A stretch of 64,000 nt of DNA from Centroscyllium fabricii (lineage: Eukaryota): positions 2,294,001 through 2,358,000 of the forward strand of contig JBNRSN020000010.1 in NCBI GenBank assembly GCA_051313645.2. Reading direction: 5' to 3'. The notes beneath the pieces are model-generated. The model ran no database searches, was not told the DNA's origin, and saw only the letters and a program-made list of their open reading frames with translations. Each line of letters opens with the position of its first letter. The first letter of the stretch is position 1. A program made the position numbers and the translations under genes. Positions 37,712 through 53,801 of the stretch are shown one piece after another.

Positions 37712-40700
37712 TGATTCACTGAACTACACTCTCTATTCTTTAATCCCTCCTGAATTGAACCACCTCTCCATCCAACATTGCCTCCAATTATCAATCAATC
37801 CATGCACTGATTGTCAGTCATCCAATGCTCTCTACGATCATTCATGTATCCACCCATTCAAGCATATTTTCCACCTCTCGTCCATTATAAACTCTGCGGT
37901 TCAATAATCAATCATTCATCAAACCAACACCTTCACCAGTCATCCACCCAACAGCGCCATTCCAGCACTACGTCCAAATATCCATCAACCAGCTGGCCAA
38001 CACTTCAATCATTCATCTAGCCAGGCAAAGACGCATCCATCCATCATTCCTTCCAAACATCCAACTATCCATCCATCCAAACAGGCTTCTATGCAAACCA
38101 TCGTCTAATTAAACCATAATCCATCCATTCAACCAATCATCCATTCCACTCTCCCTCCATGCACTGACATTTCCCTTATTTTCAATCACCCTTTTTTCTG
38201 AATTTTCACTCATTAATCCCTTAATTATTTCAAATAACTTTGCATCCCACAAATCTGATCAATCGTCCATCCATTCAACATCCCATCCATCCAACTCTCC
38301 CTTTATTCATTCACGTCTCCACTCATTCAACCAACCATTCATCGCCCATTGCATTATTTTATCCCGTTTTCAGTTCAAGAAACTTTCCATCCAAAGGTCA
38401 CTGTGGTAACCGCCCCTGGCATGCATCACACCCTTCATGCATTCATCACTAAACCTAGACAACGGCAAATCCTCTCACAATTCCTCTAATTAAACTCCCA
38501 TCCACACAAATAATTCTCTATCCAAAATCTCTAAATTCATTCTACTCTGAATGACAACGCATTCATCCAGCATGTCTTTGATGCTTTCCTGCCTCCATAA
38601 GCTCAGCCACCTGTCCATGCAGCATTCTCTCCAATCATGATTTAACCCATCGACAGAACCATCCGTTTATCCAGCATTGCCTCCAAAGATCAGCCAACCC
38701 ATCCAGTTATTTCCAATTATTAAACATTCCCGACAATCTTTCATTGATCCATCCTTCCATCTGTTCACTCATCCATTCACTCACTCATCCATCCAACACG
38801 CTGCTTTCCAATAATCATTCCATTATTCCTCTATGCATCACATCAACCTATCATCCACTCATTGAACAACTCCGCATTCAGCAAACCTTCCAAACTTCCA
38901 TCCATCCATCCATTCCACCACCTAGAAAGCCAGCGCTCCCTTCAATCACTCATCCATCTATTTAGCCATCCTGCCATCCATCACTGCCCCAATCCTTTCA
39001 ACCATCCATTCATCCACTCAATCAAGCGTCTTTCCAACTTTCTCGCTAAACAGCCCTAAACCATCAAATCAACAATATCTCCAAGAATCTCTCACTCCTT
39101 CGTTTCACATTAACATTGATTAAATCACCAATCTGTTCAAGGTCCCCTCGATTCATTCATCCCTTTATTAATATAACTGCCTGCTCATCCCTCGATCCAT
39201 CTGAACAAACACCCATCCATCCAACACGATTTATTCATACATCCTTTAATCCAGTTAACTAAATCTCTGCTCATCATTCCCTGGATTATTAATCCTTTAT
39301 CTGTTCAACTGCCTATCCATCTCACAATTGACTGGTCAATCACACATCCACTCTACCTCCTCTATAACCAAAAACATTCATTATTGATGCTAGTATCAAA
39401 CCACATCTCATCAATCCAGAGCGCCCTCTATTCATTTATCTCTGTATAAATTATATCACTTCTCCATTAAACATTTCCTCAAATCTTCATACAATCAATC
39501 CACTGGTATGACATCTTCGAATGCTACCTACTGTAATTCATGTGTCTTTCCATATATGCATTCATTCAACTTCTCATCCTTTCAATAATTGTTATTTTCA
39601 ATAGTCCACAATTCATCTAACCATCACCGCAACCAATCACTCATGCAACCATTAACTCTCTATCCATCACTCCCTATAACCATTCAACCATCCATCAATC
39701 CAACTAGTCTTCAATCACACCCTCCCTCCAAATATAGAACAATCCTTCCAGTCAAACAGTTATACATTCAACTCTCCCTCCATTCATTCACCATCGCTAA
39801 TCTGCAAACCACTCATCCATCGACAGTCTCCTTTATTAATTCATCCATTTAACAATTGAACTTCCATTCCATCCCAAAATACTGAATAATAATCCATCAA
39901 TCATATAGCGATGCACCCAAATCCCTCTACATGCATTTATCTTCCAATCATTCAACCACCGTCTCATTAAACGTCCACACTATTCATGCAACAGTTTCTC
40001 AATTAACATGCTTTTCTGTCCAACAACTTCTCTGATCAACCACCCAACCATTCTTCAATCTATTCATTCAGTCATCCCTACACCCATTGTAATGCTTATC
40101 CATCTCAAAATCGCTCCAATCAATCTCCCATCCATACGAACACCTCTCTATCCAAACATCTCCATTCATTCTACTCTCAATAAACAACTGATGCATAAAG
40201 CAACCCTTCATAAACTCTACCGCTTCTCCAACCAAAATTATCACCAGTAAAGATTCAATCAATCCCAAGTTCCCTCCAAGCATCGATTAATCCAATCAAT
40301 AAAATTTCCATTCATCCAACATTGGCTCTAATCATATTTGAATCCATCCATTGAAACGTCCATGTATTCAACGATGTCTCCAATCAACATTCAATCCAAC
40401 CATTGGTTACCAATAAACCAGTACGCCCTTCAATTATTCATTCTTCCATAGGATTATGCATTAATTGTAACTCTTATCCATTCAAAACCTATTCTGTTCA
40501 TGAATCCATCATTCATCTATCCATCAGCTCCTCCAATCATCAATCCATTCAACATCACTCCATCCAGCACTCCTTCCAAATATCCATCTAGCCACTCAAA
40601 CACCTGACACTCCAACGCTCCCTCCAATCATTCATCCATCCATTGAACAATGCATCTATTCACCCTCGATTCAAACATCCCACAACACATCCATCAAATC

Positions 40701-41552
40701 AATATCCTTTCAGCTATCCCCCATTACTTCACATCGCCACTCTTGATACCGTCCCTCCAGTTTCCCCTGCATTCATTCATCACTGTCATTTCAGCTACCA
40801 TCTCATCTTGAAATTCTGCCGAATAATCCTTTCAATCCAATAACGACCATACGACTCTCCTGAAATGTATTTATATCAACTCATTAAACCACCCGCTGAT
40901 CCAACTTTCACACCATTCATTCATTCGTTTATCGATTAACCTGCCTTTCAACCCAACAATCTCTGTTCAACCAGCCAAACCCCCATCACTCACTTCATTA
41001 ATTCATCCCTACATCCATTAAAATACATGTCCATCTCACATCCCTCTAATCAATAACACATCCACGTAAACACTCCTCTAAATAAAACACCCATGTTCAT
41101 TCTACTCTAAATGCAATGATCATCCGCCCCGCACACCCACTATTGTTTCAGCCCTCCATAAATTCAACCACATCTCAATCCAACCAACCTTCCAATCACC
41201 AATCAATTCATACACTGAACCATTCACCTAATATTCCTTCCAATCGTTATACACTGATTTTAAAAATGCAACATTCTCTACATCTTTCATTTACCTATCC
41301 ATCGATTCAGGCATTGATTCATTCAAACAGTCATCCATTCAACAACCTTTCCATTATTCATATTTTTGTTTCCTTGCCATTATTCATCTAATCAAGCGAT
41401 CATCCATTCAACAACTCCCCAATCAGCATTCCTTCAAACATTTTCCATCAAGGCACACAACTGGCCATCCAGCACTTCCTTCAATCATTCATCTATCGAT
41501 TGAACCACCATCCGTTCATCACATTCTCCAACCATCCAAACATCCATCGATT

Positions 41553-41574
41553 GATAGAGTCATAGAGCACAGAA
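41553..41574 (-). mobile_element. Paralog of the 37682 tail remnant
   Basis: gatagagtcatagagcacagaa at the homologous position of the next 3.9-kb unit. Confidence 0.6.
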
Positions 41575-44500
41575 AGATTCTCTCAACAACGCTCTTTATT
41601 CTTCAATCCCTCCTGAACTGAAGCACCTCTCCATCCAACATTGCCTCCAATCGTCAATCACTGAATAGAATGCTCGTCAGTTATCCAATACACCCTATGA
41701 TCATTCATCCATCCATCCATTTAAGCATAAATTCAACCTCTCGCCCAATTCAAAGACTCTGCTGTTGAATAATCTATCATTCATCTATCCATCAACTCCA
41801 CCAGTCATCCACCCAACAGCGCCATTCCAGCACTGCGTCCAAATATCCATCAACCAGCTGGCCAATCATTCAATCATTCATCGATCCAGTCAAACACCCA
41901 TCCATTCATCATTCCTCCCAAACATCCAACTATCCATCCATCCATGCATCCATGCAAAACAGTCTTCTACACAAACCTCTGTTCAAATATACGATAATCC
42001 ATCCAACCAATCATCCATTCCACGCTCTCTGCATTCATTGACAGGGCAATATATTCAACCACACATTTATCTAAATTCCCCTTTATTCATTAATCCCTTC
42101 ATCTTTTCAAATATATTTGCATCCCACAATATGATCAATCGTCCATTCATTCTACTTCACATCCAACCAACTCTACCTCTATTCATTTGTCTCCACTAAT
42201 TCAACCACCCATTCATCTCCCATTGCATTATTTTACCCATTTATCAGTTCAACAACCTTTCCATCCAAAGATCCTTGTGATAACCGCCCTCAACATGCAT
42301 CACACCCTTCATTCATCCCTAAACCCATTGAACTGCAAATCCTCTCACAATTCCTCCAATTAAACTCCCATCCACACAAATACTTCTCTTTCCAACATCT
42401 CTGTATTCATTCTTCTGAATCGATAACTCATTCATCCAGCAAGTCCTTGATGCTCTCCTGCCTCCATAGGTTCAGCCACCTCTCCATGCAGCATTCTGTC
42501 CAATCATGAAGTAACCCATCGACAGCACCATCCGTTCATCAAGCATTGCCCCTAAAGATCAGCCAATCCATCCAGTTATTTCCAATCATTCAACACTCCC
42601 GACAATCATTTATCGATCCATCCTTCCATCCGTTCACTCATTCATTCAATCACTCACCCATCCAACACCCCTGCTTTCCAATGATCTTTCTGTTATTCAT
42701 CCATGGATCACACCAACCTATCATCCACTCATTCAACAACTCCCCATCCAGCAAACCTTCCAAACATCCATCCATTCACTCCACCACCTGGAAATCCAGC
42801 GCTCCCTTCAATCAAGCCTCCATCTATTCAACCATCCATCCATGTATCCATCACTCCCACTGACCAGTAAAACACCCATCCATCCCCTAAATCAATGCAA
42901 TCTCGCCAAAAATCCCATAATCGATCATTCAACAATTTCTCTATTAATATCTCGCTCTGTCATTTCAAAACTGCCTTGAATAAACAAACAATCCATTCAA
43001 TTTCCGCTTGATTCATTCAGCCCTTTAACAGTTAAACTGCCTACACATCTCACAATCTCTCTAATCAATCACACATCCACCCAACCTCCTCTCAAACCAA
43101 CACACTCACAATTGATTCTATTTTCAAGCCACAGCTCATCAATCATGTGCCCACTAGTCTTGCATCTCTCTAAATATGCTACTGACTCTCCATCCAAGAT
43201 TGCCTCCAATAATCATTCAATCCATCAAAAATGTCTTCCATTCATAAATCATGCAACCCAAGCAACCAACATTCCATTCATTCAACAGCGCCTCCAATCA
43301 TAAATGAATCCATTCATTGAAACATCCATTTATTCAACATTGTCTCCAATCATCATTCAGTCTATGTACTGGTTATCAACAATCCAGTAATTCCTTCAAT
43401 TATGCATTCTTCCGTGAAATTATTCATTCATTCAAACTCACATCCATTCAAAACCTATTCTATTCAATAAACCATCATTCATCTTTCCATCACCTCCACC
43501 AATCACACATCCAGTCAACATCACACCATCCAGCACTCCTTCCAAACACCAATGTAGCGACTCAGACATCTCGCCTTCTGGTGTTCTCTTCAATCATTCA
43601 TCCATCCTTTGGATAAGACATCTATCCACCTCTCCCTCCAAACATCCCACAATCCATTAATTGAAACAATTATCCATTCAGCTCTCCCTCCATGCAGTAA
43701 TATCTCCACAATTTAAACCACCCATCCATTGACAACTCCACTCATTCATCCCTTTATCAATTCAACTACCTTTCCATCCGAAATTCTGTCCACTCAATCA
43801 AATAAACATCCAAGAAACTCTCCCACGATGGATGTTTATTCCACTCAAACAACCATCCTCTCATCGAATGTAAACGCCATTCATTCATCCACTTATCATT
43901 TATACAGCCTTTCCATCCTACAATCTGTGGTCAAAGACCCAACCATCCATCACTCCCTTCATTCATTCATGCCTACGTCCAGTAATCTACATTTCCATCC
44001 CACAACCCCTCGAATAAATAACCCATGCATTCAAAAAACTCTAACCAAATCATCTCTATTCATTCTACTCTCAATACTGCGATCACACACCATGCACACT
44101 ATCTGTTGTTTCAGCCCTCCATAAATCCAACCACTTCTCAATTAAACAATCTCTCAATCATCAACTGACTTACCATCATCCAACAATCCTGACAATCTTT
44201 CATTTAGTCATTAATTCATTCAAATATTCACCCATTCAACACACCGCTAATCAATAATCATTACATTATTCATTGTGTTTTGTTTTCTAGCCATTATTTA
44301 TCGAATCAAACAATCATCCATTCTACAACTCACAATTCAGCATTCATTCAAAGCATCTGTCCATCCAGAAGTCCCTTCAATCATTCTTGTATCGATTGAA
44401 CCACCATCCAGTCATCACACTCTCCAACTATCCACACATCCATCCGTTTACTCAGCTATGGTCTCGATTATTTAATCCCCAAGATTGAACCACCTTTCAA

Positions 44501-46010
44501 TCCAACATTTCCTCCAATCATCAATAACTCCATACAATGATTTACAATCATTCAAATCTCCCTGGAATCAATCATTTATTAATTCATTTACACATTCATT
44601 AAAACTCTCGTCCATTCAAAACCTCTTCTATTGAAAAATATATCATTCATCTATCCATAACCTCCAACAGTCATCCATCCATTCAACAATGCCCCATCCA
44701 GCACTCCTTCCAAATATCCATCAATCATCCATTCATTGCACGACCCATCCACCCGTCACTCCCTACAAACATTCATCCATTCAACCAGGCTTCTAAGCAA
44801 ATCTCCATTCAATAAAGTATAATGCATCTATTCAAACATTTATCCATTCAACTCTCCCTCCATTCATTGACATTGCCACACTTTGAACCACCCATTTATC
44901 TAAACTCCCCTTCATTCATTATTCACTTTAGTAATTAAACTACCTGCCCATCCCACAAATCTGATCAATCGTCCATCCATTCAACTTCCATCCATCCAAC
45001 CCTTCCACCATTCATTCATCTCTCCGTGCATTCAACTACCATTCCATATTCCATTCCATTATTACATCCCTTTACCAGTTCAACAACCTTTCTATCCAAC
45101 AATCCAAATGATAACCGACCACCATCCAACACAATCTTCATTCATTTATTTATTACTGCCTCCATTCAACTGCATATCCATCTTGCAATCCTTTAATCGA
45201 TTTACCATCTACACAATTTCTACCCAAATCGCAGTAACTATTCTACTCTCAATAGACATCTCATCTATCCAGCATGTCCTTGCTTCTTTCATGCATCCAT
45301 AAATTCAACCGCCTCTCCATGCAACATTCTCTCCAATCATTAACTTACCCATCCACAGAACCATCCTTTCATCAAGCATTGCCTCCAAAGACCAGCCAAT
45401 CCATCCAGTAATTTCTAATCATCCAACATTCCCTACAATCATTAGTTTATACATCCTTCCATCTGTTCACTCATTCATTCAACACTTACCCATCAAACAA
45501 CCGGCTGCTCAATAATCATTCCATTGTTCATCTATTCTTCACAGCAACCTATCATTCACTCATTGAAGGCGTATCCATCCAGCAATCCTTCCAAACATCC
45601 ATACATCCACTACACCACCTGGAAATACAGCACTCCCTTCAATTATTAATCCATCTATTGAACCATATATTGAGACAATCGTCCATTCACTCAATCAGGC
45701 TTCCATCCAAAACCCTCGCCAACTATCACAAATGCCATCAATTAATCAAGTCCCCCATTAATCTCCCCCTCCATCGTTTCACATCAACATTGATTAAACC
45801 ACCAAACTGTACAAATCCCCTCGATTCATTCATTATTTTATCAATTATATAGCTTTCCAAACCCACAAATCCTTTGATCAACCACCCATCCATCCATTAA
45901 TCTACTCATTCATTTTTAATGCATTGAACTGAATCTCCGCCCATGAATCCCTGGATTCATCCATCCTTTCTCCATTCAACTGCCTATCCATCTCACATCT
46001 CGCTAATCAA

Positions 46011-46181
46011 TGATGTGGAAGTTTAATGAAAGGGTGGTCGAATGATTGGAATATAAAGTCATGTAGAGAGATTTTGGTGCATCATTATTTGATTGATGTT
46101 TTATTGGTCAGTATTTTGGGATAGAAAGGAAGTTGAATTGATAAAGGGATGAGTGAAGAAAGGTAAATTTCAATGGATGAA
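46011..46181 (-). repeat. Inverted ~170-bp fragment of the satellite
   Basis: The only G-rich satellite segment seen. Its reverse complement aligns to 46652-46821, 35778-35945 and 39813-39980. Confidence 0.9.
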
Positions 46182-49100
46182 TCATCCACTCTAATTCCTC
46201 TATAACCAAAACACTCAGTATTGATTTTACTAACCCTAACCACAGCACATCAATCCAGGGTGCCCACTATTCATTTATCTCTGTATAACTTATATTGTCC
46301 CTCCATTCAACATTTCCTCCAATCTTCATACAATCCATCCACTGATATGAAATCTTCCAATGCTCACTACTGTAATTCATGTTTCTTTCCATGTATGCAT
46401 TCACTCAACTTCTCATCCATTCAACAATTGCTCTATTCAATAGTCCATCATTCATCTATCCATCAGCTCAACCAATCACTCATGCAACCATTAACTCTCA
46501 ATCCATCACTCCCTATAACCATCCAACCATCCATCAATCCCACTCGTCTTCAATCACACCATCCCTCCAAACATAGAACAATCCATCCATTCAAACAATT
46601 ATACATTCAACTCTCCCTCCATTCATTCCGCACCGCTAATCTGCAAACCACTCATCCATTAAAAGTCTCCTTTACTCATTCTTCCCTTTATCAATTCAAC
46701 TTAATTTCCATCCCAAAATACCGACCAACAATCTATCAATCAAATAATGATGCACCCAAATCACTCCACATGCATTTATATTCCAATCATTAAACCACCC
46801 TCTCATTAAACTTCCACATCATTCATGCATCAGTTTCTCAATTAACCTATGTTTCTATCCAACAATTTCAATGATCAACCACGCAACCATCCTCCACTCC
46901 ATCATTCAGTCATCCCTACACCCATTCAATTGTTTATCCATCTCAAAATCCCTCTAATCAATCACACATCCTTCCGATACTCTCGATATACATTCATGCC
47001 ACAATCGCTTTAACCAAATTTCCACCCCTCACTCCCTCGAATCACCCATCCTTTATCCATTGAACTGCCTACACATCCCACAATCCCTCTAATCAACCAC
47101 ACATTTACTCAACCTCCTCTCAATCCAACACACTCACAATTGATTCTATTTTCAAGCCACAGCCCGTCATCTTGTGTGCCCACTATTCTTGTATTTTTCT
47201 GTATGTGCTACTGCATCCCCGTCCGAGATTACCTCCAATAATCATTCGATCCATCTAAATTTTCTTCCAATCATAAAACAAGCAATCCATGCAACCAACA
47301 TTCCATTCATCCAACAGCGCCTCCAATTATAAATGAATCCATCCATTGAAACGTCCATTTAATCAACATTGCCTCCAATAAGCATTCAATCTGTGCACTG
47401 GTTAATAACAATCCAGAATTCCCTTCAATTATTCATTCTTCTCTCGTCTTATACATTTATTCATCTCTCCTCCATTCAAAACCTATTCTATTCGATAATC
47501 CATCATTCATCTTTCCATCACCTCCACCAATCACACATCCATTCAACATCACACCATCCAGCACACCTTACAAACAGCCATCCAGCCACTTAAACATCTG
47601 GCACTCCAGCGCTCCCTTCAGTCATTCATCCATCCATTGGACAATGCATGTATCTAACCCTCCATCCAAACATCCCACAATCCATCCATCGAAACAATTA
47701 TGCAGTCAACTCTCCCTCCATTCAATCTCATCGCCAATCTATTTACCATCCCGCCAATGGCTCGCCACCCATTCATCCCTTGAACATTTCAATTACCATC
47801 CCATCCCAAAATTCTGCCCAATCATCCATTCGATCAGATTACCACCCATCCAACTCTCTCTACATGCAATTTTCTCCAACTCATTCAACCACCCTCTGAT
47901 CCAACCTCCACACCATTCAATCATCCGTTTATCAATTAACCTGCCTTTCTACCCAACAATCTGTCCGATCAACCAGCCAAACAACCATCACTCACTTCAT
48001 TAATTCATCCCTTCATCCATTAAACGACATGCCCATCTCACATTCCTCTAATCAATAACACATCCACATAAACACTTCTCTATTTAAAACGTCTATATTC
48101 ATTCTACTCTAAATCCAATGATCATCCAACAAGCACACCCACTATTTTTCAGCCCTCCATAGATTCAGTCACTTCTCAATCCAACAATGCTTCCAAACAT
48201 CAATCAATTCAGATACTGAACCATTCATCCAATATTCCCTTCAATCTTCAACCAATCATAGTGATTTACAATACAACGCTCTCTACATCTTTCATTTACC
48301 CATCCATCGATTCAGTCATTAATTCATTCGAACAGTCATCCATTCAACACCCAGTCCGTTATTCATCGTCTTTTATTCTTGCCATTATTCATCAAATCTA
48401 CCAATTATCCATTCAACAGCTCCCCATTCAGCATTCCTTCGAAACATCTGTCCATACAGGCATGCACGTGGCCATCCAGCATACATTTCAATCATTCATC
48501 CAACGACTGAACCAGCCATCCATTCACTCTCTCCAAATATCCAAGCATTCATCTATTCACCCACCTACCCATTCAAAATTGCCTCCAAACGTCAATCACT
48601 CCATACACTGATTTCCAAATATCCAATAATACCTACAATTGTTCATGTATCCATCCATTTATACATTCATTCATACTCTCGGCCATTCAAAACCTCTTCT
48701 ATTGAATAATCTATAATTCATCTATCCATCACATCCAGCAGGCATCCTTCAATTCCACATTACACCATCCAGCACTCGTTCCAAAATATTCATCAACAAA
48801 CATGCCATCCCATCAAACAATCACCCATCCATTGAACCACACAATCATCTTCCACTCCCTCCAACCATCGAACCATCCATCCATCTAACCAGTCCTCTAT
48901 GCAAACCTCCCTCCAAATATACCATAATCCATCCATCGAAAAAATTATCCATTCAACTCTCCCTCCATTCATTCACATCGCCACTCTTTAAATCATCCAT
49001 CCAATGTCCCCTCCTCCCATTCATCTCTTTATCTATTCAACTAACTGTCCATCACAATACTTGCACCAATATTCCATCCAATACAACAACACATCTATCA

Positions 49101-52100
49101 AACTCTACCTACATTCATTTACCGTCCACTCATTCAACCACCCACTCATCCAATCAGCACTTCATTCATTTATCCATTTACCAATGTATTTGCATTTCCA
49201 TCCAACAGTCTCACTGAAAAACTACCCATCATGCTCTTCATACATTCATCCCTTCAATGCTATTACATACCAATCTCACAATCTCTATTAATTTCTAATC
49301 CACTCAAACACATCTCTATATAAAAACTCTATTCATTCAAATTTCAACCCAAAGTTCATTCACCCTCCACACCCACTGTTGTTTCAGCCCTCCATATATC
49401 CAACCGTCTCTCAATCCAACATCCCTTCCAATCCTTAATGAAACATCTTCAGATCTATCCTTCCAATTTCCCCTCCAATGATCAACCAATCATGCACCGA
49501 TTTGCAATCATCCAACACTCTCTACAATCTTTTCCTATCCATCTATTCAGTTATTCATTCATTCAATCACTCATCCATTCAGCACCCCTACAATTCAATA
49601 GTCATCTACCACTGCAGTCAAGCACCTGGCCATCCAGCGTTCCCTTCAATCATTCATCTATCGATTGAACGACTATCCATTCATCGCTCTCTGCAACTAT
49701 TCAAGCATCCCTCCATTCACGCAGCTATGGTCTCTATTCTTCATCCCTCCAGGATTGAACCATCTCTCCATCAAACTTTGCCTCCAATCATCAATCGCTC
49801 CATACACTGATTGCCAGTCATCCAATACTCCCTACAATCAGTCATGTAGCCATTCATTTATGAATTCATTCAAATTCTCGTCCATTCAAAACCTCTTCCA
49901 TTGATAATCTATCGTTCCTCTATCCATCACCTCCAACAGTCATCCATCCATTCAACAGCGCCCCGTCCAGCACTTTTTCCAAATAACCACAAACCAGCTG
50001 GCCATACTTTCAATCATTCTTCCATTCATTGAACCGCCCTTCCCCCGTCACTCCCTCCAACTATTCATCCATCCAACCAGTCTTCTGTTCAAAGCTCCCT
50101 CCAAATATACCACAATCCATCCAGTCAACCAATTATCCATTCAACCCTCCCTCCAATCATGGACATTGCCACACTTTGAAAAACCCATTAACCCAAATTC
50201 CCCTCTATTCATTAATCGCTTTATTAATTTAGTCCCCAGTCCATCCCACAACCCGGATCAGTTGTTCATTCATTCCACTCGCCATCCATCTAACTCTTCC
50301 TCCATTCATTCAAGTCTCTGCTCATTCAACCGCCCATGCATCCATCTCACACTCCAATAATTCCTCTCTTTATCAGTTCAGTTAGTGTTCCATCTTCCAA
50401 CCCCGAGGATAAGCGACCCGACCATCCATCACTCCCTTCAATCATTCTTCCCTACATCCAATCAATTATATATCCATCTCTCATGCTAAACTCCTCTCCA
50501 ACAATCAAGATACAATCCATTCACAGAACAATTTTTTCATCCTGCATTGCATTCAAATACCAACCTCACCAGCCCCTGATATTCAATGATCCAACATTCC
50601 CGACAACCCTTCATTTATCCTTCCTTCCATCTATTCACTCAATCGTTCTTTCAGACTCTCATCCATCCAACCACCCTGCTATTCAAGAATCCTTCCATTA
50701 GTGAGCTATTTACCAAAGCTACCAATCATGTTTCCTTTCAATAACTCCCCATTCAGCACTCCTTCCAAACCTTCAACCAGCCATTCAACCACCTGGCCAT
50801 TCCTTTGATTCAAATATTCCGTTACTGACACAAGTACTTGTCCATCCCACAATTCTTCTGACTAATCACCACACATCCATTCAACTAGCCACCTATCTAA
50901 ATTCTACGCATTTATTTCCTCCTTTCATCCAAGTTAAATGCCGGTCCAAATCACAATACCTCTGATCAAGCATACATACATCCAACTCACGCTCTTCATT
51001 CATTCCTTCATCCATTTAAACACCTGATCATTCTGTACTCCCTTCAATCGTTCATCCCTCCATTGAACCCTGCATCCATCTTTCACTCCCTCCACCCATC
51101 TCTCCAAAAGTGTTTTTTTCAATCGCCTCTCCAAACAACCCATCATCTATCCATCCAACCTTCCCTCCTTTCATTCTCATCGCCACACTTTAAACCGGTC
51201 AGTTATCCAAAGTCCCCAACATTCATTCATCCCTTTATCAATTCAGCTACCTACACATCCCACAATTCGCTCCAATCATCCATCCATTTAGCTAACCATT
51301 CATCCAGCTCTCCCCACATTCAATCATCTTCTACTCGTTGAACCATCCACTCATCCAACTCTCTCTCCATCCTTTCAACTCTCCACTGATGCCCCCACCC
51401 ACTCTTTCAACTGTGACTCCATTCATTCATCCCCTCTTCATTTAAACTCCCTTTCCATCCAACAATCCCTCTGATCAACCATCAATCCATCCACCACTCC
51501 CTCCATTCATTCATCCCTATATCCATTCTGCTACATATCCATCTGGCAATCCCCCTAATCAATCTCCCATTCACTCAAAACTCTCTAATCATTCTGATCT
51601 AAAACCACAGCCTATCCATCCAGTACTCCCTTTCATCTTTCATCCGTTGACACATATCAACCACACTCCATCAGACATTGCTGCCAATGATCATTCAGTC
51701 CATCCCCTGATTTCCAATCTCCCAGTATTCCTTCCAGTCATTCATTTATCCATCCATTATTGCATCCATTGAAACACTCATGCAATCAAAATGACTTCTA
51801 TTCAATAATATATGATTCATCTAACCACTACATCATCCATCCATTCAACATCTTCCCATTCAGCATTCCCTCTAAACATCCATCCATCCACTCATTCACC
51901 TGGCCATCCAGAGATCGCGTCAATCATTCATCTATCAATCGAACCACCCATCCATCCATCACTCCCTCCAACCAGCTAACCATCCATCCATCCAATCTGT
52001 CTTCTATCCTACCTAACCTCCAAATATCCCACAATCGATACACCCAAACAATTATCCATTCAACTCTCCTACCATTCCTGTCCATTTCTGCGGATGAATC

Positions 52101-52750
52101 CAACGAATCTTTGAAATTCACTTTGATTTATTCAACCCGTTATCAATTGAACTACCTGTTCATCCCACAATTCTGACCAATAATCCATCCATTCAACTCC
52201 CCATCCATCCAAATCTCCCACCATTCCTATATCTTTCACTCATTGTATCTCACACTAATCCAGCTCTCCCTCTACTCATTCACCTCACCTCTCATCCATA
52301 CAACGATGACATTCATTCATCCCTTTTTCAATGGAACTGCATTGCCTTCCAACAATCTCTCTGCTTAACCACTCAACCATTCATGACTCACTTCATTCAT
52401 CCATTCCTACTTCCATTCAACATATCCGTATGTGAATTACTCTAATCAATTTCGCATCCATTCAAACACCTCTCTATATTAATGTATTGTGTTCTCAATC
52501 CAAAGCCCATCAGCCCAGCACATCGTCTATTCTCTCAACATTCCATAAATTCAACCAACTCTCCATCCAACCACAGAACCATCCATTCACCCAACATTGC
52601 CTCCAACGATCAAATAATCCATCCATTGATTCCCAATGCCCTAACACTAACATCAATCATTCTTTTATCCATCCATCTGTTCAGTCATTCATTCACACAT
52701 TCATCCATTCAACACCCCTGCTATTCAATAATAATGTCATTATTAATCTT

Positions 52751-52880
52751 TCTAAAATTGTGTAGTTGTTGCATTTTCTGTGTGGATTTTATGTATTCTG
52801 TAAGTGGACAGCATTATCACGAGGTTAAATTACTTGTACATTTAAATGGACTTGGCAATAAAGTTGATTCAATTCAATTC
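52751..52880 (+). mobile_element. Short Rex/Babar- or L2-like LINE 3'-end fragment
   Basis: T/G-rich insertion ending cttggcaataaagttgattc(aattc)2. Confidence 0.6.
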
Positions 52881-53473
52881 TGTTATTCTTTTCATTATAC
52901 ATCCTATCAACCAGTCATCTGTTTAAACAAATCCTCACCCAGCATTCATTTCGGACATTCATCCATCCAGTCAAGCAGCTGGCCATCCAGCACACCCCTC
53001 AATCATTCCTCCACCCAGTGCACCACCCGTCCATCCAGCACTCATGCCAACCATTCACTCACCCAATGTTATATACAACACTCTCTCCAAACATCATGCA
53101 ATTCATCAGTGCAAACCATTCTCCATTAAACTTTCACTCCATCCTTCCAACTTCCTGTACATTCATTCATACATGTATCAACCCAAATAACTGTCTATCC
53201 CACAATTCTACTAACTGATCATCCATCCATTCAGCTGTGCATCTATCCAAATTACATTGCATTCATTCATCCGTTTTTCTGTTCAACTACCTGTCCATCC
53301 CATCATCCCTCTGATCAAGCGCCTATCCATCCAAAACTCTGTTAAATCATTCCTTCATCCATTTAACCAAATTTCGACCCATCAGTCCCTTTATTCATTC
53401 CTTTATCCAGTCAACTGCCTATACATCTCACAATCCCTCTTGTCAATCATTCATCCACTCAAACACCTCTTTC

Positions 53474-53801
53474 TATGTGTGTGGAGTTTGCACATTCTCC
53501 CCGTGTCTGCGTGGGTTTCCTCCGGGTGCTCTGGTTTCCTCCCACAGTCCAAAGATGTGCGGGTTAGGTTGATTGGCCAGGATAAATTGACCCTTAGTGT
53601 TAGGGGGATTGAATATGTGGGGTTACGGGGATAGGGTGTCGATGCAGGCTCGATAGGGATCGAGGGATATGGGGAGAGGGCAGGGGCGGGGTGCTGGGTT
53701 TCGATGATCAGCAATGATCTAATTGAATGGCGGAGCAGGCTCGAAGGGCCGAATGGCCTACTCCTGCTCCTAGTTTCTATGTTTCTATGTTTCTATGTTT
53801 C
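53474..53801 (+). mobile_element. 5'-truncated HE1/V-type SINE
   Basis: Begins at the core tgtgtggagtttgcacattctccccg, has the CR1 tail and (tttctatg)3. Confidence 0.9.

Larger units (their letters stand above)
34731..42800. repeat. Older ~3.9-kb tandem duplication of satellite modules
   Basis: atccttcca(c/t)c(t/c)gttca...ctgctttccaat at 34731, 38751 and 42620. Shared micro-insertion at 37682/41553 (spacing 3871). A further partial copy starts at ~45453. Confidence 0.8.
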
